64,000 bases of DNA from a virus. The stretch's first letter is position 1. Each line of letters opens with the position of its first letter. The position numbers were made by a program, and so were the translations under genes. The stretch covers positions 1-64,000 of IMG/VR virus record IMGVR_UViG_3300046512_000087; one strand, written 5' to 3'. A model generated the notes under the pieces. The model was not told the DNA's origin. It did not search any database and saw only the letters and a program-made list of their open reading frames with translations. Shown here in pieces: positions 55,675 to 64,000 of the stretch.

Positions 55675-55702
55675 AGTCTATCTAGTTGCCCTAGTTTGTC
55701 AA
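55675..55702 (-). promoter_or_regulatory. sigma70-type promoter
   Basis: TTGACA-N16-TAGACT. Confidence 0.65.
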
Positions 55703-56200
55703 ATTGGGCTTAGTTTGGTTGTAGCTCCAGTGCCCGCCAATACGCACGCCCGCCCAGAACAACCCCAGTGACCTCCACCGAGCTGTGCCATCACCGGTAT
55801 GCAGGGCTCGCTCAAATAGGGCATCACAGTCCCGCCTGGACAGCTGGGCTAGGTCGTACTCCCAGTCATGGATAAAGGCCGGACCCATCCCGTACCCTAC
55901 AACCATGGCGTACAGGGCCAGGAACACTACAGAAGCAATCCCGAAACAGCTCACCAGCCATTCCCATTTGCGGGCGGCAAGAACAAAGATCAGAACAGCT
56001 GCTACCACTGCCAGGGAGGCGGTCCACTGACAGAGCCTGCGTAGTATTCGGATGGAGGCCAAGTCACTGACATAGCCAGCCGGGCAGGTACGAAGACCAT
56101 GCACTGGATCATTGAAGGTCAGGTCCTCATTCAGGCGGAAAGTCCAGCGACTGATCTGCTGAACATTCGGTCTCCCTGAAAACTTCCCGACCGGGGTCAC
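55691..56200 (-). CDS. DUF1353-like protein with TM insertion
   Basis: PAGYVSDLASI, A.IHDWEY, R..CDALF, GVRIGG. Confidence 0.75.
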   Translation of the reverse strand: MTPVGKFSGRPNVQQISRWTFRLNEDLTFNDPVHGLRTCPAGYVSDLASIRILRRLCQWTASLAVVAAVLIFVLAARKWEWLVSCFGIASVVFLALYAMVVGYGMGPAFIHDWEYDLAQLSRRDCDALFERALHTGDGTARWRSLGLFWAGVRIGGHWSYNQTKPNLTN

Positions 56201-56670
56201 GATGGCAGTACCAAGGCAGGCAACTCGGCCAGGAACTCTTCCACGGTTGGCTGGGTGCGTTGTCCGCTCAGGACCTTGGCAAGCTGGTCATAAGCATACG
56301 CCCACACCAGGGAACGCCACTCCCTGAAAGCCTTACCGTCCTCCTGGAACTTCGGTACTGCTGGCTCTTCCGCATAGCTCACGGCGGTAGAGATACTGTC
56401 GTAGCGGGCCTCCTGGGCAGCACCATCCAGCTTGGCCTGCACAGCTTGCTCGTACTGGGCGGTGATGTCTTCCGTGGTTGGGGGAACAGGCTGTGCAGGT
56501 GCTGGAGCTTCTGGCAAGACAACCCATTCACCGTACCAGATTGCTACCTCAGTGCCGGTCGTCTCAGGAGGGGAGGTAGAGGTGCTTCCCAGCGGCAAAG
56601 GCCCAAACTCGTCTACCTCTACAGTTCCTTTGTAGAGAAAATCAGCACCCCATAGGTACAAAGTAATCAT
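56197..56670 (-). CDS. tail fibre assembly chaperone
   Basis: AVQAKLD..A....YDSI.TA.SYA...F..DG.A...WRS.VW pattern; follows the fibre gene. Confidence 0.75.
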   Translation of the reverse strand: MITLYLWGADFLYKGTVEVDEFGPLPLGSTSTSPPETTGTEVAIWYGEWVVLPEAPAPAQPVPPTTEDITAQYEQAVQAKLDGAAQEARYDSISTAVSYAEEPAVPKFQEDGKAFREWRSLVWAYAYDQLAKVLSGQRTQPTVEEFLAELPALVLPS

Positions 56671-58739
56671 GATAGTACCTTCGCTTTGATATAAGCCTGC
56701 GTGTTTACGTTAACCGTAACTTCTGGAGTTACGAATTGAGTGGCTACGTCATACGGAACCCGTAAGAAGGTAGCGGCAATGGCAGTACCGTACGCCAGCT
56801 CTACAAAAACCCCGGCGCCATACGCACCGACCTGCCAAGGAGCAGCCACGGGCAGCACTCGCTGTAACCAGGTCGCCCCATCTACCGAAGTTGCCGCCAC
56901 GGCAGTACCATTGACTGCTGCGACAAATACACCATTACCAAACGCAAGGGTATACCAGTCGTCGCTAACCGGCATAGTCGCCCTGTTCCAGCCTCCTGTG
57001 CCGGACGATGAGTAATAAACGCCATCTGTGTACTCGCAGGTTACGACAAATACACCATTGCCATAGGCGATGGAAAGGATGGTATCCCCGGCAGTACCAG
57101 AGATAGTCCGCTGCGTCCAAGTTATCCCGTCTGGAGAAGTTAAATAGAGGGGTACTCCGTAGGCTATCGCTACAAATAAGCCGTTACCGAAGATAACCTG
57201 AGTCCAGGAATAGACGGGTGTGGGAAGGGTGCGCTGCACCCATGTAATGCCATCCGTGGACGTAGCCGCAATAGTGGAGTCTTGGGCAATGGCTACAAAC
57301 GTTCCGTTACCGTACGTGACAGATTTCCAAGTAGTCGTAGTTGGCAGAGTGCGTTGTGTCCAGGACGCCCCAAGGTTTGTGGAGGTGGCAGCAATAGCCG
57401 AGCCCGAGGCTACTGCAACAAAGACCCCAGCACCATACGCAATGGCTGCCCAGTTCGCGGAAACAGGAAGCGCTCGTTGCACCCACGCGCTGCCGTCTTG
57501 GGAGGTGGCAGCGATAGCCGAGCCGTACGCAATAGCTACAAACGACCCGGCATTAGAGGTTGACCTGCCATAGGTAGCGGCAATCCAATTTGCGCTAACT
57601 GGCAGCGCGCGCTGGGTAGTTAATGAATTGTACAGAATGCCTAGTACAGAAAATAACTCGGGGTAGCTACTCTGCAAGTACACAGTGTTGGCGGGCAGGT
57701 ACTCAAGATTGGGTACGATGTCCAGCGTGATGCAGTTGCCAGGGGCGTTACTGTTGGTGCTGACCACTAAGAAAGTAGCGCCGCCGAATACGATAACACC
57801 CGTGTTATTCGCAGTAGGCATAGCCACGGATACCCAATTTACCCCGTCCGAGGTCATGGCTGTATTACCGCCAGTTTGGCTGGACGTCAGAAACACACCC
57901 CCGCCAAAGGCTATCTTATACCAACTGGACTGTATGGGCAGCACACGCTGTACCCAACTAATACCGTCAGTAGATGAAGCTACGATAGTCGAGCCCGAGG
58001 CTACCGCCATAAACAGACCATTACCATAGGCTACAGCAGACCAAGCCGCAGACAGGGGCATACTTTGCTGCACCCAGGTGATTCCGTCTACAGAGGTGTA
58101 CGAGACCGCGCTATTGGCAAGAATTGCCAGGAATTTCCCCCCACCGTACGTAATAGCTGCAATGCTGATGCTCGCTGGGAAGGCTCTTTGCACCCAAGTA
58201 ATGCCGTCCGTAGAGGTAGCAAAAACAGTAGATGAGGTGTTATATGCCGAGGGGGTCGCTACAAACAGGCCCCCACCGTACACCAAGGTCGCCCAATATT
58301 GAGTAGATGGAAGGGTGCGCTGTACCCAAGTGATGCCATCCGTGGACGTAGCCGCTACGGCTGTATTGTTGCTAAGGGAGACAAAGACCCCTGCTCCGTA
58401 CGCGATACAGGCCCACACACCAGACACTGGTAGTGCTTGTTGGGTCCACGTTAGTCCGTCCACAGAGCGTAAAGCTGTCGTGCTAGCGGTTCCAACTGTC
58501 AAGACGTATGCCCCTGCGCCGTACGCCCCTCCTGTCCAGGCTGCACCAAGCCCGGTGGTTCTTGCTGTCGCTTTAAGCTGGGACGGTAGCTTACGAGTGG
58601 TGAGCAGAATATCGCCAATGGCTTGTCCCCCCGAAACTACGGGCACCCAACTATTGGCCGCGACACTCCAGGCGTACTGCTTTGTGGTATCTGCTGGCAG
58701 GTTCGCAAGGTTAGCCAGATTTCGTGATTGTCCAGGCAT
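56667..58739 (-). CDS. fibre protein with tandem Asp-box/beta-propeller repeats
   Basis: More than 12 repeats of about 40 aa (W..IAYG.G.FVA......ATSTDGITW.QR.LP); collar motif YPELF. Confidence 0.8.
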   Translation of the reverse strand: MPGQSRNLANLANLPADTTKQYAWSVAANSWVPVVSGGQAIGDILLTTRKLPSQLKATARTTGLGAAWTGGAYGAGAYVLTVGTASTTALRSVDGLTWTQQALPVSGVWACIAYGAGVFVSLSNNTAVAATSTDGITWVQRTLPSTQYWATLVYGGGLFVATPSAYNTSSTVFATSTDGITWVQRAFPASISIAAITYGGGKFLAILANSAVSYTSVDGITWVQQSMPLSAAWSAVAYGNGLFMAVASGSTIVASSTDGISWVQRVLPIQSSWYKIAFGGGVFLTSSQTGGNTAMTSDGVNWVSVAMPTANNTGVIVFGGATFLVVSTNSNAPGNCITLDIVPNLEYLPANTVYLQSSYPELFSVLGILYNSLTTQRALPVSANWIAATYGRSTSNAGSFVAIAYGSAIAATSQDGSAWVQRALPVSANWAAIAYGAGVFVAVASGSAIAATSTNLGASWTQRTLPTTTTWKSVTYGNGTFVAIAQDSTIAATSTDGITWVQRTLPTPVYSWTQVIFGNGLFVAIAYGVPLYLTSPDGITWTQRTISGTAGDTILSIAYGNGVFVVTCEYTDGVYYSSSGTGGWNRATMPVSDDWYTLAFGNGVFVAAVNGTAVAATSVDGATWLQRVLPVAAPWQVGAYGAGVFVELAYGTAIAATFLRVPYDVATQFVTPEVTVNVNTQAYIKAKVLS

Positions 58740-58783
58740 GTCTTTCTCCGAAAGCGGTTTTGCAATTGATTGCAGGAATCTGG

Positions 58784-61105
58784 TTACAGCTTGGCCCGGA
58801 TATAGGCGTTGAGGCCCTTGGTAGCTTTCACTGCCGGTGTCTTGAACTGCGTGGACGTGGTGTAGTTTGTGCTACGAGTCAGGCGGTAGTACACGGCAGT
58901 GTCAGCAGTAGTCTTGTCGTTACGCGCAATGCAGTTACCATCGGAATCAAACGTGTGCGAGATAGGGAACATCGCCCCGTAAGTGGTAACTCGGCTGCCT
59001 GTCCAGGTCTCGCCCTTGTCATAACTGACCCGGAGGTACGGGCCGGTGTAGATGACTATGGTGCCTTCGGGGGTGATGACGATGCTGTGACCGCCCCCGC
59101 GAGAGCCCTCCAGGTTGAGGGACTTCCAATTGATACCAGCATCGGTAGTGAGAAGTGTGCCAAGTCCTGGGCACACTGCGATAGTCATGCCTTGAGCGCT
59201 GTACACCGTGGTTGCTGGCGCTGCACAGGAAATAGTCATGGTCCAACTGGTGCCGTTATCGTACGAGCCGCCAATGCCTGCAAAGCTCGGAGACACAGTA
59301 AACCACGCGGAGATTCCGTCAGAGACGATCAAGTCTACGGGAACACCACCCGGTGTAGCGCCTACCGCAGTCCAGGTCGCGCCATTATCAGTGGAGCGAT
59401 ACCCTTGGCCGCCCGTGTCGCTACAGGCTACCCATACGCCCTTCTTGTCCGTATCGATGGCCCGGCAGGGTGCAAAAGTAGTAGGGTAGATGGCGGTAAA
59501 AGTAACTCCGTTATCGGTACTGCGATACACCCGAGCCCCGCCCGGAACCGTAACAACCCACACCCCTGCGCCATCAGTGGCTACTTGACCAAGGGCTGGT
59601 ATCCCGGTGCCAGTGAGGGTGGCGATGTTGGTCCAAGTAACCCCGCCATCCGTGCTACGCCTCCCCACGCCCAAACCTGAACTCGTCGTGGTTCCTACAG
59701 CAACCAGCACTTTGCTTTGCCCGGAGGCCATGGAATTTACGCCAGACTGGGTAGCTGTAGCCCAGGGAGTAATCGTAGTCCGCGCTGCATACTCGGCATT
59801 CGCTTCGATGTTGCCGACGATTGCAAAAAGTTCTGGGTAGGCAGCCTGGGTGTAAACCGTGCTCGGCAATACGTGGTTGGTCGGCGTAGTAGGGGAGGCG
59901 CTATACAGCACATCGCCAATGGCTGCGGAAGACCCGGCTGTAGCGAAGGTCCCATCACCTCTCAAGAACTTAACCTGATCTCCCGCCACGGGGGTGGGCA
60001 CAAGACCAGCCACACCGGCAGCACTGGCAGACGATCCGACCATCGCTGTAGCCAGCATAGACAACGTGGTGAAGGACATCACCGTCATCTTGTCAGCCAG
60101 CGAAGTTGATGCCGTGGTAAGGACAACTGTCGTGCCGTTGGTGGCCGTGTACTCGGATTTTTCCAGCAGGGCGCCAGACAACCAGACAATTGGGCTGGCT
60201 GTCCCAACAATATAACCCCCTGGGATGGTGAAGCTGGTCTGGCTGGCAGCAGTGGCCTGTACCTCAACCACACTCACGGCAGTAGAAGACGGGCTACCGG
60301 CTTTCTGGTAGTTGAACAGCCGCCATACGTTGGAACCCAAGTACACAGCCTCTACGGTGTCTCCCGAGGCGGTAGTGAGGGCGGCATTGCCTGGGACAAG
60401 CAGGGTGGAACTCGGTGTCAGGGCATATGCACCCTGGAAAATCAGCAGGCGGCGGATGCCGGTAGTGGGTGGCACGGCCATAGAACTGAACACGCCCCCG
60501 GCACCGCTGGCATGAGAAACCAAAACCGTGTTGGCCAGGGTGTTGTAGCCAAGAACTCCGCTGGCGTCTACAGACAGGCCTACGGGTGGAGCCTCACCCA
60601 ACGCAGAGGTCAGAGTACCCCCGGCAAACCCGATGATGCCTGTACCGTCAGCATGGATCGCCCCATCTACCTTCCACACTCCTGAGCCCAGGGAATGGAG
60701 GATCACAGAGGCTCCAGCCAAGCACTGAAAGTCAATGGAGCCTGGGATGACGATGTTGGCGCTACTGGTCAACACCCGAGCAGAGCCCGCTCCAGTGAAT
60801 TGAAGAATTCGGGTAGTGCCTTCCGGCATGGTCCCGAAAGAGGCAATGGCTACGTTGCCCGACAGACTCACCACGTTGGTGGTAGTGGTGCTCAGGTCTA
60901 CGGCGCCCCCGGCAGGGATGGTAAGCACGGTGATCCCGTACCCAGCCAGATTTGCCAGCTTTGTCTTTTCAGTGGTCGTGTAGTCATTGGAAGACAGGCC
61001 GAAGCCTGTCGCCTTGTCCACTTTCCCGCTGAGCCCTGAAAGCAGGGACTTGATGTCTGCCCCAACGGACTGAGCCAGCGCAGTAACTCGGGTCGTCAGG
61101 CTCAT
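58784..61105 (-). CDS. fibre protein with collar motif and BNR/Asp-box propeller
   Basis: GLSSNDYTTTEKTKL, IGDV...YPELFAIVG, STDGGVTW / STDNGVTF / STDNGATW repeats. Confidence 0.78.
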   Translation of the reverse strand: MSLTTRVTALAQSVGADIKSLLSGLSGKVDKATGFGLSSNDYTTTEKTKLANLAGYGITVLTIPAGGAVDLSTTTTNVVSLSGNVAIASFGTMPEGTTRILQFTGAGSARVLTSSANIVIPGSIDFQCLAGASVILHSLGSGVWKVDGAIHADGTGIIGFAGGTLTSALGEAPPVGLSVDASGVLGYNTLANTVLVSHASGAGGVFSSMAVPPTTGIRRLLIFQGAYALTPSSTLLVPGNAALTTASGDTVEAVYLGSNVWRLFNYQKAGSPSSTAVSVVEVQATAASQTSFTIPGGYIVGTASPIVWLSGALLEKSEYTATNGTTVVLTTASTSLADKMTVMSFTTLSMLATAMVGSSASAAGVAGLVPTPVAGDQVKFLRGDGTFATAGSSAAIGDVLYSASPTTPTNHVLPSTVYTQAAYPELFAIVGNIEANAEYAARTTITPWATATQSGVNSMASGQSKVLVAVGTTTSSGLGVGRRSTDGGVTWTNIATLTGTGIPALGQVATDGAGVWVVTVPGGARVYRSTDNGVTFTAIYPTTFAPCRAIDTDKKGVWVACSDTGGQGYRSTDNGATWTAVGATPGGVPVDLIVSDGISAWFTVSPSFAGIGGSYDNGTSWTMTISCAAPATTVYSAQGMTIAVCPGLGTLLTTDAGINWKSLNLEGSRGGGHSIVITPEGTIVIYTGPYLRVSYDKGETWTGSRVTTYGAMFPISHTFDSDGNCIARNDKTTADTAVYYRLTRSTNYTTSTQFKTPAVKATKGLNAYIRAKL

Positions 61106-61108
61106 GGG

Positions 61109-61663
61109 TTACGCCTTAGCAGCAGTGTAATCGGCCACGAAGTCGTGGTTGGTGTCGCCAACAGCAGCAGTGATTGCCGAAGTAACGTCGGCTGTAGCCA
61201 CGGCGTCGATGTTGGAGCGAGCCTGGAGCTTCTGGGCAGAAGTCAGGGTCTGCACGTCATCGAAACGTACGCGGTTGTTGATCGCCGAAGCCAGGGTAGC
61301 AAGCTGGGCAGCATCACCCTCCAGCAGGTCCTGGAGTTCTTTCAACGTGTCGTAAGCCGCCGACGCGCCACCCAGAATAGCCGTTTGGATTTCAGTCTTG
61401 GCCAGGGCAATCGAGTCGAAGATCTTGTCGGCAGACCAAGTGACGAGAGTGTCACCGTTACCTGCGTTGTCATTGATCTGGGCACCCGCGCCACCAATGG
61501 CTGCGTACACCTCGTTCAAAGCCGCTACGAGGTTGCCCTTCGCAGTAGTGTTGAGCGCAGTAGTGTCACCGATCTTGTTGATCAGGTTCTTTACATCGCC
61601 GCCGACAGCCTGGGCCAACAGCGTAATTTTAGCGTCCATAGACATGGTTTTATCCTCGGGCAA
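61109..61663 (-). CDS. virion fibre adaptor protein
   Basis: LNTTAKGNLVAALNEV, AYDTLKEL, QKLQARSNI motifs found in phage fibres. Confidence 0.65.
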   Translation of the reverse strand: MPEDKTMSMDAKITLLAQAVGGDVKNLINKIGDTTALNTTAKGNLVAALNEVYAAIGGAGAQINDNAGNGDTLVTWSADKIFDSIALAKTEIQTAILGGASAAYDTLKELQDLLEGDAAQLATLASAINNRVRFDDVQTLTSAQKLQARSNIDAVATADVTSAITAAVGDTNHDFVADYTAAKA

Positions 61664-61886
61664 GTAGGTAGGTCATCAGTGGATCGGGGGCAAATGTGTT
61701 GCTTACATACAGACCGCCATCCGTGCCTTCTTCCAGGCGATTATCTTCGTCCTGGCTGATGAACACGTTAGACAGAGGGGGTGGGGTTCCGACAAAGCCG
61801 CCTGTAAACGAGGTTTCAGACACCCCGCCATTGACCACAGTCACACAGGACAGCCCGCCGTGGATGAACCGGGTCTCTACCTTCAT
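61650..61886 (-). CDS. small virion-associated protein
   Basis: ISQDEDNRL..GTDGGLYV motif. Confidence 0.55.
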   Translation of the reverse strand: MKVETRFIHGGLSCVTVVNGGVSETSFTGGFVGTPPPLSNVFISQDEDNRLEEGTDGGLYVSNTFAPDPLMTYLLARG

Positions 61887-62218
61887 TTGGTCACCTCTGC
61901 TACGCAGTGAAAGGTAACGGTTTCAGTAGAAACGATCTGGCCCACGGTGTTGGTGTACTCGACGTCGAAGCACAGGTCTCCCAACGGCCACAGCGCGGTG
62001 CTGGGCGCACTGGTCAGAACATACAGGCCCATGAACTCTTCACTTTTGGTCACGGTCAGCGTTTCTACCAGGAGATCCTTCTTACGGACCTGGGCGCGGA
62101 TAGACCAACCTTGGAGTTCTTGCAGTTTCCCGTCCACGCGAACTTCCCCGGTGAGTACCAGGGTATTTCCGCGCTTGTGGGTGAGTGAGGCAGTCATGGT
62201 GGCGTCCCGGCAATTCAA
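61883..62218 (-). CDS. BppU-like beta-sandwich fibre-attachment protein
   Basis: KRG.T....L.GWSIRAQVR...T..WP.G...FDVEY...TET pattern. Confidence 0.55.
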   Translation of the reverse strand: MNCRDATMTASLTHKRGNTLVLTGEVRVDGKLQELQGWSIRAQVRKKDLLVETLTVTKSEEFMGLYVLTSAPSTALWPLGDLCFDVEYTNTVGQIVSTETVTFHCVAEVTK

Positions 62219-62272
62219 CTCAGCAGAGTCTAATCAGGCCGGGGCCACCGTGCAATTGATTGCAGGAGGGAG

Positions 62273-62452
62273 TTACAGTTGCTCTTTGCAGAAGTAAACG
62301 ATTTTGGCGCGGGGCTTATCTTTTATCAGCTTCTCCACATACCGGTCTTTAGCCTTGCCACATAGTTCTTCCGTGGCCCAATACTGCTTCTTCACCGTAC
62401 ATTGTGGTTCCATGTAGGCGAGACAGGTCCAGACAATAAAAGCCCAATGCAT
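62273..62452 (-). CDS. small hypothetical protein
   Basis: 59-aa ORF (MHWAFIVW...) coupled to the upstream stop. Confidence 0.45.
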   Translation of the reverse strand: MHWAFIVWTCLAYMEPQCTVKKQYWATEELCGKAKDRYVEKLIKDKPRAKIVYFCKEQL

Positions 62453-63153
62453 TACTGCTCTCCGTTCAGTTTACTGATTTCCTGCAAGCGTTGCAGCCAT
62501 ACCGGTGGGGAGGTATGGCGGTACAGCTTGTCGCCGCGCTTCAATGGACTGCCGTCCTCGCCGTAGATGAATTCGGCAAACAGACCTTCGTCACCCTCAT
62601 TGATTATCGCCACCGGCTCGCCACTACGCTCAGCCATCGCATATTCGAGCGCCTGTATCCGCTCCAATTGCTGCTGATTGATGATGTACCGTGTCGGCTC
62701 GCCATCTTCATTGACGGGCTCACTGATGGTGATTTCGTTCGACAGCGTGTGCTCGGCGTTACCGTTGTACCAGCGAGGTACTGCGGGCTCAGGAGTGGAT
62801 GTACTTTCTACCAACACGAAGTCATCGGTGTAGTCCATGCAGTTGCAGTCAACTACGTTCGTTTCGCCTACTGACTCGCACTGGCAGAACAGCGCCGTCA
62901 GTTTCTCGAACAATTCGTCACTCATGGCAGTAGCTACTTCAGCTTTTGTCAGCGTAACGGTTCGGCGCTCTTTGTCTTGTGGGTGTTCGAACTCGAACGA
63001 AAGCGTTTCTGCGGGCTCTGGCGTGGCGGCGAGCGCTGGCGCTTTAAAGGTGTTCAGCTCTGCTACCAGGGCCCGTAGCTCGCCAACCGTTACCTGGAGG
63101 TTGCAGTCAAAACCGACCTTGTAGGTGTCATGCAATTCTGGAGGGATTTTCAT
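62452..63153 (-). CDS. hypothetical mosaic phage protein
   Basis: 233-aa ORF with EPVA and LYRH.P low-complexity phage motifs. Confidence 0.65.
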   Translation of the reverse strand: MKIPPELHDTYKVGFDCNLQVTVGELRALVAELNTFKAPALAATPEPAETLSFEFEHPQDKERRTVTLTKAEVATAMSDELFEKLTALFCQCESVGETNVVDCNCMDYTDDFVLVESTSTPEPAVPRWYNGNAEHTLSNEITISEPVNEDGEPTRYIINQQQLERIQALEYAMAERSGEPVAIINEGDEGLFAEFIYGEDGSPLKRGDKLYRHTSPPVWLQRLQEISKLNGEQ

Positions 63154-63154
63154 A

Positions 63155-64000
63155 TCAGTTCCCCGGAGCCTTGGGCTTCAGCATGAAGTGGGTGGGGTTG
63201 ATGGTCTTGGTCTCCCACTCGTCGTTGTAACCATTCCACACCGCACCTTGCCAGCCGATGTCGTCAACCCAATGCCCTTCGACCACGCCTTCGGGATTGA
63301 AGTCTGGACATACCAGTTCTGGTCCGTACAGGAACATGCCTGGGATGTACTTGTCTTTGATGTCGGCAATGGGTAGCCATACCAGGGCCGGGTGCTTACC
63401 CTCTTTGACCACCCGGTAGACCCGTTGTACGTCCCAGATCTTACGTCCAAAGGTATCTGGATGCCCCCAGTCGGCTGTGCGGAAATCCTGGTAGTTCTTG
63501 TCAATCCCGTTGTCATGCTCAAAGTCATGACGGTACGAGTAGCCAAACAACTCGAAGTTACCCTGGCCAGCCTCAACCGAGATCGAAGGGTCGAGAGCCA
63601 TCTTGCACTCAATTGCAATCAGATCGGCCAGGGCCTTACGCGGGTCTCGTTCGTGGTTGATGGTCAGGCTATGGTTGATCACCAGGGCATCCAGCACCGC
63701 TTCTTTCCAGCCCTGGGCTTCCTTCAGCTGGTTGAGTGCATCTTGCAGGTTGGCTGTAACTGCCTTGTGCAACTTGATGATGTCTTTGGCTAGAAGCACC
63801 CCTGCCTTGTCGTAGTCCACCCGGGCATCACTGTCTGTCAGGCGTCCGGCTTCCCACACCGTTTCGTGGTACTTGGACAACAGGACTTCGAGGTCCAGGC
63901 TCTCTGCCGGGTTACGGCCAATGCTGGCGCCCAAGAGGTGGATCATCATGGCGAAGTTGGCCACGTCCACCGGGTCACCCTTGTCCATGTGTTCCCACAG
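63155..64000 (-). CDS. hypothetical protein (start probably outside window) with DUF551-like C-terminus
   Basis: KGDPVDVANFAMM; C-terminal WLPI...PTHFM. Confidence 0.65.
   Translation of the reverse strand: MWEHMDKGDPVDVANFAMMIHLLGASIGRNPAESLDLEVLLSKYHETVWEAGRLTDSDARVDYDKAGVLLAKDIIKLHKAVTANLQDALNQLKEAQGWKEAVLDALVINHSLTINHERDPRKALADLIAIECKMALDPSISVEAGQGNFELFGYSYRHDFEHDNGIDKNYQDFRTADWGHPDTFGRKIWDVQRVYRVVKEGKHPALVWLPIADIKDKYIPGMFLYGPELVCPDFNPEGVVEGHWVDDIGWQGAVWNGYNDEWETKTINPTHFMLKPKAPGN

Larger units (their letters stand above)
508..63617. repeat. dispersed 14-bp quasi-palindrome TGCAAT(TG/CA)ATTGCA
   Basis: Exact copies start at 508, 2513, 5295, 7533, 9157, 11274, 11425, 13919, 16525, 19291, 23621, 26702, 28444, 30271, 31879, 34731, 36139, 38371, 42528, 44618, 46805, 47111, 49708, 53430, 53849, 55170, 58761 and 62251; one-mismatch copies at 49463, 52946 and 63604. 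Confidence 0.97.

Noticed and set aside
56667-58739. Fibre repeats as a diversity-generating retroelement or invertible shufflon
   Set aside because: No reverse transcriptase or invertase is present, and the repeats are in-frame protein repeats with synonymous divergence.
508-63617. The 14-bp repeat as a CRISPR array or REP/IS element
   Set aside because: Copies are kilobases apart and mostly intragenic, with no spacer structure, cas genes or transposase.
1-64000. tRNA/rRNA genes, integrase, classical CI repressor
   Set aside because: None was recognised by eye and intergenic gaps are short; lifestyle cannot be determined from this window.

Overview
This is a 64-kb slice of a GC-rich, long-tailed dsDNA bacteriophage genome. 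It is siphovirus-like with spanins, so the host is Gram-negative, probably a proteobacterium. Essentially all real genes are on the minus strand. Modules by coordinate: recombination/replication (RecA, SF2 helicase, SSB, primase, DnaB, DnaC-like protein, initiator; 1-8.4 kb); early genes and an AAA ATPase; lysis cassette (11.9-14 kb); tail and head morphogenesis (14-38.3 kb, no terminase in the window); HNH endonuclease and DNA polymerase A; an early-type cluster (42-48 kb); ligase, HNH and DUF262 genes plus small ORFs; and a second, remote fibre module (56-62 kb). The 42-48 kb cluster encodes a PPDK-like dikinase lacking its pyruvate domain, two CX5R phosphatases, a CsrA-like protein and a Zn-ribbon/wHTH protein. 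The most striking unexplained signal is a 14-bp quasi-palindrome, TGCAAT(TG/CA)ATTGCA. I counted 28 exact and 3 one-mismatch copies by eye, spread about every 2 kb, mostly inside genes and in four different reading frames. There is also a family of sigma70-type promoters with a mostly 16-bp spacer, and a conserved CAAUGGAGUG leader. All family assignments come from motif recognition, not database searches.
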